A stretch of 64,000 bases of DNA from Escherichia phage KKE7M, in sequence record PQ356295.1; one strand, 5' to 3'. A program made the translations under genes and the position numbers. The notes beneath the pieces were generated by a model. It was not told the DNA's origin. It saw only the letters and a program-made list of their open reading frames with translations, and ran no database searches. The first letter of the stretch is position 1. The number at the start of each line of letters is the position of its first letter. Below, one piece after another: positions 56,077 through 64,000 of the stretch.

Positions 56077-56091
56077 TGAGAATGATTATCA
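56077..56091. promoter_or_regulatory. Fur-box-like palindrome TGAGAATGATTATCA
   Basis: 14/15 match. Confidence 0.5.
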
Positions 56092-56116
56092 TACGCACAC
56101 CTATAAAAACACGAAA

Positions 56117-56320
56117 TTGAACTTTTCATTTTTGATTTTTCTACGGAAAAAGGCAAAAAAACTTTAAATAAACTGGGGAATTTTTAAAAAATTGAAGTTT
56201 TCATTTTCAAAATCTGGATAGAAATACATACAAAAACTTTAAATAATTTTGACCAAACTTGAACTTTTCATTTTCTAAATTTGTACCCAAAAATCTGTAA
56301 AAACTTTAAATAATTTTGTA
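56117..56320. repeat. three tandem ~67-77 bp repeat units, each with boxes TTGAA(C/G)TTTTCATTTT and AAAAACTTTAAATAA
   Basis: Box 1 at 56117, 56192, 56259; box 2 at 56154, 56231, 56300. Confidence 0.6.
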
Positions 56321-56532
56321 CTTTTTATAAAAATGATTTTACTGTTCTGTTATAAGTAGTAGTTAAGAGATAGTATGTCTTTTAAAGATCAGATACCATA
56401 GTCCAACAAACAAATTAAATACTTTATTAACAGGGTATAGAATACTACTTACTCTGGATATATTATTCAGAGGGTGAATTTCCGTACATGAAACCCACAC
56501 CCCTTTTTATAAAAATAAAAATTTTCAAAATA

Positions 56533-57084
56533 TCAGGAAATATCAGATTGTGCTTTTAGATAAACAGCAAGGTCTGTATGCCATTTTCCTAAAAGATTTT
56601 GTCCTTTCCAACAATCCTTATTTTCCACGTCACGATCCCACATCCCCATTTTGATACCATAAATAGAATCATAAGGGCTTGCCTCTACGAACTCCTTATC
56701 TGCGTAAGCGATAAGTTTATTTTTGAGATCTTCATTTTGTGTGTATTTAAGATACAAACCACGCTTGACAATCTTCTCCCGTAAAGAAGCCCAAGTATCT
56801 TCATCGTAATCTTTAACTAATCTACCTAGTCGCTTATAATATGCCTGTTCTTTTTCTCCTGTATATCTTAGATCTCCGGTTAAAATAGAAGATGCAATGT
56901 TGTAATCATAAAACAAACATGCTTTTCTCCACATCATATATTGTTCCACACAAGTAAATTCAACAGAACTTGTAATAGAATTATTATACTTGGGTGCTAA
57001 AGGTTCAATAAAAGATGATAGATACCAGTTGCTAAATTCATCTTTTGCTGAAAAGAAGAACACATACTTATCAGTAATCCGCAT
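56533..57084 (-). CDS. NADAR (YbiA-like) family protein
   Basis: VFFFSAKDEFSNW and CVEQYMMWRKACLF match YbiA FYS...FSNF and SEHYFQAQKF; NLLGKWHTDLAVYL C-terminal match. Confidence 0.65.
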   Translation of the reverse strand: MRITDKYVFFFSAKDEFSNWYLSSFIEPLAPKYNNSITSSVEFTCVEQYMMWRKACLFYDYNIASSILTGDLRYTGEKEQAYYKRLGRLVKDYDEDTWASLREKIVKRGLYLKYTQNEDLKNKLIAYADKEFVEASPYDSIYGIKMGMWDRDVENKDCWKGQNLLGKWHTDLAVYLKAQSDIS

Positions 57085-58074
57085 TTACATCTCCTTACTG
57101 TATACTAATTTGCCACCATATTGTGTAATAATTTTTTGAAGATTTTCCAAATCAGAAACACTTACTGTTTCTGTATAACCGTCTTTCAACTCTCTTTCCG
57201 TTAAAATACCAGTTTTTAATTTTTTCTTTATAGCTCTTTCAGCAGCCTTACATTGTTTTACTGTGCTAAAATCATATAAACAAATACGCTCCATAGGAAA
57301 CATATTACGGCTATTTTGAATTTTTAATCGTCTATCACTATCTTTAGCTATACCAAACTTAAGAGCAACTATAATATTATCATCCTTAACAATATTAATA
57401 TATAACTGCTGCTGACTATGACCAGCACACATAGGACAACCTCGACCGAGGCTTAATAAATTATGAGCACTCCCTATCTGCTCACCATGCACAAGACAAA
57501 AATATTTAAACTTACCTATAGAAGAGGGTTTGGTAATCCAATCTACCCAGACATACCCTTTCCCTTCTACTTCCTTTTTTACCCTATAGGTGATCTGGTC
57601 TTCTGTATACCGATAGTTCCCACAACGACACGGAATATACCCTCGTTTAAGGTTATCTCCTTCAGAGTAAAATTTACCATCACAAACACCTGCTTGAACA
57701 TATTCATCATGAGAGCAAACAGGACATTCAACCATCCAGATAATATTCCTACATCCTTTACCCCGTGTTCCTGTGTTAGTGAAGATAGTGCCTTCCTTAA
57801 ATTCCCCTGTAGAAAAGAAATCTGCAATATGTTGATCGTCGGACATTGTTTGTGACTTCCTTATATTCTTCCTCCTACATTGTGGACAACCGCTACCACA
57901 TTTAAAACTGTTAATACTTGTAGTATCCCATTTATAACCACAATGGCACAACAAATCAAGTTTTGTGTGGACCCCTTTCCATTGTCCCGTCCATCCTAAG
58001 ATTTGGATTTGCTTACTCTCTGCTATTGGTATACACTCTTCTTTATATTGTTCCCATGATTTTGGTGCTGCCAT
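57085..58074 (-). CDS. T5orf172 (GIY-YIG-like) domain protein with N-terminal zinc-ribbon repeats (329 aa)
   Basis: Repeated CxxC pairs; C-terminal LYINIVKDDNIIVALKFGIAKDSDRRLKIQN resembles T5orf172 domain. Confidence 0.45.
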   Translation of the reverse strand: MAAPKSWEQYKEECIPIAESKQIQILGWTGQWKGVHTKLDLLCHCGYKWDTTSINSFKCGSGCPQCRRKNIRKSQTMSDDQHIADFFSTGEFKEGTIFTNTGTRGKGCRNIIWMVECPVCSHDEYVQAGVCDGKFYSEGDNLKRGYIPCRCGNYRYTEDQITYRVKKEVEGKGYVWVDWITKPSSIGKFKYFCLVHGEQIGSAHNLLSLGRGCPMCAGHSQQQLYINIVKDDNIIVALKFGIAKDSDRRLKIQNSRNMFPMERICLYDFSTVKQCKAAERAIKKKLKTGILTERELKDGYTETVSVSDLENLQKIITQYGGKLVYSKEM

Positions 58075-58112
58075 CTACTACTCCTCTTATTAAATCTGGC
58101 ATTAATGCAAGA

Positions 58113-58134
58113 AAACCCGCCGAAGCGGGTTTTT
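58113..58134. terminator. terminator hairpin AAACCCGC-CGAA-GCGGGTTTTT
   Basis: Between AAA+ gene and T5orf172 gene. Confidence 0.55.
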
Positions 58135-58148
58135 ATTTGCTGGCTTAC

Positions 58149-59276
58149 TTAAAACACACTTGCCAAAGTTGCACCATTGGTGATAGTTGGTTCCAGAACA
58201 ATACGGAAAGAATCTTCTGGATCATCACTAAACACAACGATTTTACCGCCTGTGATAAGATCTGCTTTCATTTTTGTCGCATTCAATGGAATTCGAGCAT
58301 CGCCTTCATCATCAAAAACCACGTAAGAGCTATTAGCAAGGGCTTCTTTAGAGTCTGCATCACTTGGAGATGACAAGTACACGTCTAGTGTGCACGAACC
58401 ACCTAAAAAGATTGCAGGTGTAAAGTTATGCCAACTAGATACCCAGCTAACTTTCTGAAGTTTTCCATTAATAACAACGCTGCTGATATCCCATTTATTA
58501 CCACCACCTAAAGAAACGCCCATCATAGAGATGCATTCTTTAAAGGATAAATCAGGGTAGAAATTAAGTTCTTCTACTATACCTTGGATCACATCAAAGG
58601 ACAACTCTAAACTTACATCCCAAAGTCTTTGGAAATTATCAAAGTGTGCTTTGTTATCCAGGTTTTTATCTAAATAGTCAATCATAGTTTCTAGTGAGAT
58701 TTTATCATAATTAAAATTATAAAACACACGACTAGGACGATTTAAAAAGAATTCAGAGATAAAACCACTGTTTTTAGTCAGAATAAACAGTTTATTACCA
58801 CTGCCAGTACCATCTAACAAAGTGAGAAGTGCTTCTTGATCTTGTTTCTTCTCATATACTTTATCAAACTCGTCAAAAATAATCACTGCTTTGTCGGTGA
58901 TCTTGCTAATAAGTTCAATGAAATTAGCATCACTGTAGGCTTGAGTAACCATAATAGTTGGAATACCTTCTTCTACAAGATCACGACTAATGAGTTTGGC
59001 TAACATAGTTTTACCACTACCCTTAGTTCCTGTCAGAAGCAAGCCTGTATTTTTACCTTGTGCACTCCGGCGATGGAATGTACGGATAACGTGATTTGCT
59101 CGTTTTTCTGTTTCACCATACAGAACATCCGGTACACCTGTTAGATTACCACGGCTTAAAAAATAATTGCCAAGGGGATCACGACTAACAGTATAGAATC
59201 CAGGTGGAAGATAGTTAGATTCCACGCCCATATCTTTATTTACACTTACAATATCACCATAAATCGTGTATTTCAT
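58149..59276 (-). CDS. AAA+ / P-loop ATPase (375 aa)
   Basis: Walker A GTKGSGKT, Walker B VIIFDEFD; C-terminal domain unassigned. Confidence 0.6.
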   Translation of the reverse strand: MKYTIYGDIVSVNKDMGVESNYLPPGFYTVSRDPLGNYFLSRGNLTGVPDVLYGETEKRANHVIRTFHRRSAQGKNTGLLLTGTKGSGKTMLAKLISRDLVEEGIPTIMVTQAYSDANFIELISKITDKAVIIFDEFDKVYEKKQDQEALLTLLDGTGSGNKLFILTKNSGFISEFFLNRPSRVFYNFNYDKISLETMIDYLDKNLDNKAHFDNFQRLWDVSLELSFDVIQGIVEELNFYPDLSFKECISMMGVSLGGGNKWDISSVVINGKLQKVSWVSSWHNFTPAIFLGGSCTLDVYLSSPSDADSKEALANSSYVVFDDEGDARIPLNATKMKADLITGGKIVVFSDDPEDSFRIVLEPTITNGATLASVF

Positions 59277-59287
59277 TTTAACCCCTT

Positions 59288-59725
59288 TTATTTTTGTTGA
59301 GATGAACGAATTAAATCAGCAGCAAATTCAATCAGATACACTTTTGGTGCAATAATGATTTTTAGCCAATCAAAATTCGAAAAGAAAATAACAAATCCTA
59401 AAAAGAAAAAGAAAGCACAGACAACAAGACCAACAATAGGTAAAGCAGATACTTCACCATAACGATCTCGTGACCACAGGCATTCTTTATCTTTAATTGC
59501 TTTTACGATGTTCCGCACAGCAATAAAAGTAATAAACATAAAGCAAATACTAAAAAGTTGCCATAAACCTGCGGATACTGCTTTCCACACTAATAATTGA
59601 TGGATTACTTCTGGAATTTGTTGTTTTCCAAACTCTACAACATCACTCATTGTTTGAATAGTGACGTTAACCATGTTCAGAAGTACATCCGTTGCTTTAT
59701 CTGCGATTACGTTTGTTTTACTCAT
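59288..59725 (-). CDS. membrane protein, two predicted TM helices (145 aa)
   Basis: Hydrophobic segments LWQLFSICFMFITFIAV and LPIVGLVVCAFFFFLGFVIFF. Confidence 0.5.
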   Translation of the reverse strand: MSKTNVIADKATDVLLNMVNVTIQTMSDVVEFGKQQIPEVIHQLLVWKAVSAGLWQLFSICFMFITFIAVRNIVKAIKDKECLWSRDRYGEVSALPIVGLVVCAFFFFLGFVIFFSNFDWLKIIIAPKVYLIEFAADLIRSSQQK

Positions 59726-59739
59726 TCTTTATTCCTCAC

Positions 59740-59913
59740 TTACCTTTTAAGGAAACCAATCATAATGAAGAACCACATCCAGGCAGGAGAGATAATAAAG
59801 CCAAAGAAACCGCAAATAACCGCTTTCTTAATCTCTTCCAGACAACCCACTAGGAAAAGAACGAGTGAGACTACAATCCAAATAGCCATAAATACTGTAA
59901 CAAAGAAACTCAT
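59740..59913 (-). CDS. small membrane protein (57 aa)
   Basis: Hydrophobic; below cutoff. Confidence 0.35.
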   Translation of the reverse strand: MSFFVTVFMAIWIVVSLVLFLVGCLEEIKKAVICGFFGFIISPAWMWFFIMIGFLKR

Positions 59914-59933
59914 ACCTTTCTCCCGTCTGTATT

Positions 59934-60185
59934 TTAAAATTCAACCACCACTTTATCGAGGTGCTCTGCTTCAACTTGATCTAATGTTAACACCTCAACT
60001 AAACCCTTGTCAATACCTAATTTAATAACATCAACATATTGTCCAAACAGATCCTGGATAGATATCTTGTGTTCGACAACAACAACCACTTCATTCCCTT
60101 TTGTGAATTCTCTCCATACACGTCCACATTTGAAAATAAAGTCTGCTTCATCTGCTGTTATCATTTTAGGTTTGATACTTAACAT
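59934..60185 (-). CDS. hypothetical protein (83 aa)
   Basis: ORF. Confidence 0.45.
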   Translation of the reverse strand: MLSIKPKMITADEADFIFKCGRVWREFTKGNEVVVVVEHKISIQDLFGQYVDVIKLGIDKGLVEVLTLDQVEAEHLDKVVVEF

Positions 60186-60736
60186 TATAAAACTCCGTAT
60201 TCCGGCTCAAAATCATATTTTTCACAAATCATGTCCCAGCGTTCGTTACCGAAGCTGCGACCACAAATTGCATCGTAAGCATAATGCTCTGCTAACCATT
60301 TTACAACAGTGTCTACATCATTATCAAGTGGTAATCTGAATTCTTTGCCATAGCGCATACGAAGAACAAATTCACCCCCTTCTTCAAACAAGTGCATATG
60401 GCTTTTTGCATAAGAAGCCAGGTTGAAAAAAGATACCTCTTCCCAGCATTCTTTTTCCACTGCAATCCCGTGATCAACAACTAAAGCACCGATGACGCGA
60501 TACATAATAGGGCTAAACAGTGCGCTTGAGTTAGGCTGATCTTCAACTATAGACCAACCTGTTCCCTGCCAAATTTCATTTTTGAACCATTGTTCCATGT
60601 TATTTCCTTTTTCGTCTACAAGGGATTGGTTACGCATTTCAAACCATTCCCCTTCGCAAAAGTATGTATGTTTAACACGTTTGCCTTTTAACATTGCTTC
60701 TTTGGCTTCTACCCAAGTCAGATCGGTGTTTTGCAT
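60185..60736 (-). CDS. hypothetical protein with DUF2829-like N-terminus (183 aa)
   Basis: Start refined (GAGAGGAG RBS); TWVEAKEAMLKGKRVKH resembles DUF2829 phage proteins. Confidence 0.45.
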   Translation of the reverse strand: MQNTDLTWVEAKEAMLKGKRVKHTYFCEGEWFEMRNQSLVDEKGNNMEQWFKNEIWQGTGWSIVEDQPNSSALFSPIMYRVIGALVVDHGIAVEKECWEEVSFFNLASYAKSHMHLFEEGGEFVLRMRYGKEFRLPLDNDVDTVVKWLAEHYAYDAICGRSFGNERWDMICEKYDFEPEYGVL

Positions 60737-60852
60737 TCGTTTATCTCCTCTCATTTGTGTATGCATTAAGATTAGCACAATAAAACAGTATGTCAATACT
60801 TGATCTGAAATTAGTTTCTGGTACTCTGTGTGTATCGTAACAAAAGAGGTAG

Positions 60853-61146
60853 ATGATGAACATTACTTTAGCAACTAAGAATATTTCTGAAACAATTAAC
60901 GGTTTTGGTGTGATTGTAGCCTTGCACGGTAACAATGAGAAATGGTTGGCTTCTTTTGAAGAGGATCGTCAGCACAACATCATTTTAGATGCTCCTATAA
61001 AAGTTATGCATATTGTTGGTGAAAGCAAAGTGCTCACTTCCTCCCGTTCAAGGGAACAAATTACAAATGAATTAGTAAAACTGCTTGACAATGTTCTTAA
61101 CATGTTTGATGATGCTCCCATCAACACAAAACGTGTCTTAATGTGA
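60853..61146 (+). CDS. hypothetical protein (97 aa)
   Basis: ORF with AGAGG RBS. Confidence 0.45.
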   Translation: MMNITLATKNISETINGFGVIVALHGNNEKWLASFEEDRQHNIILDAPIKVMHIVGESKVLTSSRSREQITNELVKLLDNVLNMFDDAPINTKRVLM

Positions 61147-61158
61147 GAGGAGAACCAA

Positions 61159-61446
61159 ATGTATTATTCACAAGACGAAGTAGCAAACATTAAACTGGCA
61201 GTGGGCGATCTTATTGTGTCACCTAACTACTATTGGGATAACACAGACTTGGTTGAAGTAGTAACCTATGTTGGAGTTGAAGGTATTGTGCTCTACACAC
61301 TAGGTGGAGGTGTTGTTGGGGAAATGGAACGTTATACGACAACGAAGAAACTGGTAAGCTCTTATCACATGTTTTTACACCAAGGTTCGGAAGAGTATAC
61401 AGATTTCTTGTTGAAATTAGATGCAGATCGGGAGAAGGCACGATGA
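61159..61446 (+). CDS. hypothetical protein (95 aa)
   Basis: ORF with GAGGAGAA RBS. Confidence 0.45.
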   Translation: MYYSQDEVANIKLAVGDLIVSPNYYWDNTDLVEVVTYVGVEGIVLYTLGGGVVGEMERYTTTKKLVSSYHMFLHQGSEEYTDFLLKLDADREKAR

Positions 61447-61796
61447 AAATTGTACACGATGAAATTCAATTTGAAGAGAGTGATCTTCTTGATCTGGATG
61501 TGACACTAAGTAAACTGATCTACAATGCACTTTCTGCGTATCGTGCAAAAGTGATAGCCACAAACAATGTTAAAATTCCTAGTGGGTTACTTCGTCGGAT
61601 GTACCCACACGCTAAAGGTGACTATCTACCTTATATGGAAGAACGAGCAGCAGAACACTGGTTAGAAATTCTTGAAAAAATGGAGTCTTCTTTTAAGGAC
61701 TCAACTCCACCAGAAGAAGTTAATGAAAAACAACGGCAAGATCGTTTAGAAGGTCGTATTTTGTTTGCTAAGTATTTTCATAACCTGTGGATGTAA
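61443..61796 (+). CDS. hypothetical protein (117 aa)
   Basis: ORF overlapping upstream stop. Confidence 0.45.
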   Translation: MKIVHDEIQFEESDLLDLDVTLSKLIYNALSAYRAKVIATNNVKIPSGLLRRMYPHAKGDYLPYMEERAAEHWLEILEKMESSFKDSTPPEEVNEKQRQDRLEGRILFAKYFHNLWM

Positions 61797-61808
61797 CAAG
61801 GAGTAAAG

Positions 61809-61964
61809 ATGGTTATCTACAAAAATAAGTTCACTGGCTGTCTGCGTAAATTTATTGACAAAAAAGGGTATGTTTCTGTTGACAATGGTGTTACGTGGGT
61901 GCAAAATGGCACTTCAGAACAACTGATCAGGGCTTTACCTTACTACGAGGAGTCTACAAAATGA
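61809..61964 (+). CDS. hypothetical protein (51 aa)
   Basis: ATG after AAGGAG; below cutoff. Confidence 0.3.
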   Translation: MVIYKNKFTGCLRKFIDKKGYVSVDNGVTWVQNGTSEQLIRALPYYEESTK

Positions 61965-62161
61965 CAGAATGGGTAAAAGTAGAAGATCCATACGATATCC
62001 CACTAGGTGAGTATGTGGTGGTAATGGAAGATGGTGGAAAAGGGTATTGTGAAGTGCATAAAAGTATGTCTGGTAAGATTATTGTGGTGAACCATCATTT
62101 TCACTTTGATTACCCTCCCATTGTGGCATATATGCCTTTACCTAAATATGAAGGGGATTAA
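61961..62161 (+). CDS. hypothetical protein (66 aa)
   Basis: ATG 61961 (ATGA overlap). Confidence 0.4.
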   Translation: MTEWVKVEDPYDIPLGEYVVVMEDGGKGYCEVHKSMSGKIIVVNHHFHFDYPPIVAYMPLPKYEGD

Positions 62162-62304
62162 ATGTTATTCTTTAGACTTAATATTGCTTTTTGTTTGTTT
62201 GCAAATATTGCATTCTGGGTATTGGGTAGTGTAAAATTAGGCTACTTCTTTATTGTACTACAAGCTATTTGTTTAGCTGGTCAAATAATCACTAAGGGGC
62301 GAGT

Positions 62305-62733
62305 ATGACACAACAAATCCAAGACAAGTTTAATGAACTCTATCCAGCAAGCGAAAGCGGCACTCATAACGTGCGTAAATCGCTCTATAACGTCTTTAAA
62401 GCAGGATGGGAGGCTTGCCTTCAGGCTCAAGAGGAACCAGCGTCAGGGACGCGTAACGGCTTTTATATCCCGATTGTTGAAAGTGAGGAAGGATGGGGTA
62501 GCAAACATGATGGTTATATGGTAGGATTCACCATAGAAGATCTTGAAGAACGCCGTAAAGTCTTTGAGGCAGCTAATACAGAAAAGTATGGCTACTATTA
62601 TGAACGACCTGTTCGTTACATTCCTGTTGTGCTTAGTCCTAAAGCTGTTGAAACAATGTCTGCAACAGAAAAAGAAAGGACTCGCCATTGTGTATGGTTT
62701 GATGATATTGACGATTTTCGATTTGGAGAATAA
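62305..62733 (+). CDS. hypothetical protein (142 aa)
   Basis: ORF. Confidence 0.5.
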   Translation: MTQQIQDKFNELYPASESGTHNVRKSLYNVFKAGWEACLQAQEEPASGTRNGFYIPIVESEEGWGSKHDGYMVGFTIEDLEERRKVFEAANTEKYGYYYERPVRYIPVVLSPKAVETMSATEKERTRHCVWFDDIDDFRFGE

Positions 62734-62736
62734 ATT

Positions 62737-63009
62737 ATGAAAAATAAACACCCTTACTATAAATTATTGCATGTACTGCGCCGATTGCGCAATAAACAGA
62801 TTGAAGATTTCCGTCACTTCAAGCGTGATCGTGTGAATCGTCAATGGATGGATCATCGTTTCTTCTCTCTAACTATACGTAAGTTCCGTGAAGAGATTAA
62901 GAAGACAGACCAGGTAATTGCAGGTGCTAAACGTGCAATCTCTATGTCAAAGATCACAGGTGTAAATCATATGTACGACTTCAAAACAGACTCTGTTGTA
63001 CCTATGTAA
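62737..63009 (+). CDS. hypothetical basic protein (90 aa)
   Basis: ORF. Confidence 0.45.
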   Translation: MKNKHPYYKLLHVLRRLRNKQIEDFRHFKRDRVNRQWMDHRFFSLTIRKFREEIKKTDQVIAGAKRAISMSKITGVNHMYDFKTDSVVPM

Positions 63010-63038
63010 AAGTATTTTGTAAAGTTTTGTGGAGAGTA

Positions 63039-63150
63039 TTGACTTTTTCAGAAAAACATGCTACCCTAAACCTGAAAGGTGACGAGCGAAGCGAGTTAGT
63101 ATTCTCTATAGATATTGTTCCTGTCACTCATGGAGGGGCAGGAACAGAGT
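63039..63150 (+). repeat. conserved noncoding element, copy B (TTGACT-N17-TACCCT plus GAGCGAAGCGAG)
   Basis: Same architecture and shared 18-mer as 35210-35310. Confidence 0.5.
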
Positions 63151-63173
63151 ATATTACTGTATAGGAGAATACT

Positions 63174-63440
63174 ATGGATGTTACTACACTAAGGTTTATA
63201 CTTCTCTTCTTACTTATAGTTATAGGATTAATTGTTATACCCTATCTATATGTCTACATGTTATCTTGTAAGTATGGTTATGATCGTATACCATTTTACT
63301 ATTTAATACCTGTCTTAATTATCTATCTATTTCTCTTTTGTAGATATTGCCCTGAATTAGTCCCTGAACACTGGAAGTTAGAACCTGTTGAAGTTTACTA
63401 TTGTGAATGGAAGACAGAATACAGATCTAACAGTAATTAG
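63174..63440 (+). CDS. membrane protein (88 aa)
   Basis: Hydrophobic N-terminal half; GGAGAA RBS. Confidence 0.45.
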   Translation: MDVTTLRFILLFLLIVIGLIVIPYLYVYMLSCKYGYDRIPFYYLIPVLIIYLFLFCRYCPELVPEHWKLEPVEVYYCEWKTEYRSNSN

Positions 63441-63500
63441 TTATTGACTCTATCTACTAAATAATCTAGACTCTATGTAAAATTTACTAAGGAGACTACT

Positions 63501-63665
63501 ATGCAAAACATTTCTATCACTAAAACAAAAAGATCTGTACCTAAACTTACTCACTCTACATATCCTGTTATCATCCGTAAAGGAAAAGAATGGATTAAAG
63601 ATGATCATGGTGGTTATGTAGAAGTGTCAAAGCTGAAAGAAGCAGAAGTTAACTTTGTACGCTAA
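63501..63665 (+). CDS. hypothetical protein (54 aa)
   Basis: ATG after AAGGAG; below cutoff. Confidence 0.3.
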   Translation: MQNISITKTKRSVPKLTHSTYPVIIRKGKEWIKDDHGGYVEVSKLKEAEVNFVR

Positions 63666-63675
63666 GGAGTAGACT

Positions 63676-63957
63676 ATGACTGAAGAATTTAAGCAATGGT
63701 TTGATAAAACCTTCCCACCACATATGTGGCCTAACGAAGAAGAACGTCAAGAAGTGATGATCTACACTTGGCTTGCCTGGCGGGATGGTATCCGTAGCAA
63801 AGAAGCACAGGAAGAGGAACCTATTGCCTACATCTTTAAACATCCAGCAGGTAAGTTGTTTTGGGCTTTAACAGATGAAAGTAATAAAGATCAACACGAT
63901 GTTATTCCTGTGTATACCAAGAGCAATGTAAAGGATCAATCAGATGACAAGGTATAG
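63676..63957 (+). CDS. hypothetical protein (93 aa)
   Basis: ORF with AAGGAG RBS. Confidence 0.45.
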   Translation: MTEEFKQWFDKTFPPHMWPNEEERQEVMIYTWLAWRDGIRSKEAQEEEPIAYIFKHPAGKLFWALTDESNKDQHDVIPVYTKSNVKDQSDDKV

Positions 63958-64000
63958 CATATGGGGTAGAATGGGCGAAGACCATGATTACTATTGCTTG

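Noticed and set aside
56117-56320. Possible CRISPR array
   Set aside because: Repeat units are ~70 bp with two conserved boxes rather than 28-37 bp repeats with unique spacers; no cas genes.
57463-58373. Plus-strand ORFs 57463-57855 and 57963-58373
   Set aside because: Antisense to the T5orf172-like and AAA+ genes; no RBS.
35223-63069. Heptamer CTACCCT recurring at 35233, 45686, 47314, 47821 and 63061 as a possible motif
   Set aside because: A 7-mer is expected several times by chance in 64 kb; only the two 18-mer-containing copies (35223-35240 and 63052-63069) are significant.

Overview
This window reads as part of a large virulent tailed-phage genome (AT-rich, densely packed ORFs with strong AGGAGG-type RBSs, many TTG/GTG starts, no rRNA/tRNA recognised). 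All calls are from motif reading and gene context only; no database search was run. Layout: (1) 1-31.2 kb, plus strand: a DNA-metabolism and early-function module with DNA ligase-like, RdgC-like, FEN/RNase H-like 5' nuclease, DEDD exonuclease, thymidine kinase, HAD 5'-nucleotidase, ThyX, class I ribonucleotide reductase NrdA/NrdB, a complete dTDP-L-rhamnose operon (rmlB-A-C-D) plus glutaredoxin, a T4-type lysozyme, PhoH, an HslV-like peptidase, a small serine recombinase, a Ser/Thr phosphatase, two methyltransferases (minimal NPPF-type and C5-cytosine), two HNH endonucleases and a zinc-less SIR2-family protein. (2) 31.3-43.2 kb, minus strand: about 35 small hypothetical genes, including a three-member paralog family. 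(3) 43.25-44.94 kb: a 1.7 kb ORF-free AT-rich region with Fur-box-like palindromes and iteron-like repeats. (4) 44.9-55.2 kb, minus strand: a hyperplastic block of small genes, most preceded by a repeated cassette of sigma70-like promoter plus conserved 5' stem-loop (PeSL-like). (5) 55.98-56.32 kb: a second Fur-box-like array followed by three ~70 bp tandem repeats. (6) 56.5-60.7 kb, minus strand: NADAR-family protein, T5orf172-domain protein, AAA+ ATPase and membrane proteins, a candidate defence/anti-defence module. (7) 60.85-64 kb, plus strand: small hypothetical genes. The most unusual signals are the multiple Fur-box-like operators (one perfect 7-1-7 match), the phage-borne rml operon, the zinc-less SIR2 gene, the NADAR/T5orf172/AAA+ block and the promoter-stem-loop cassettes.
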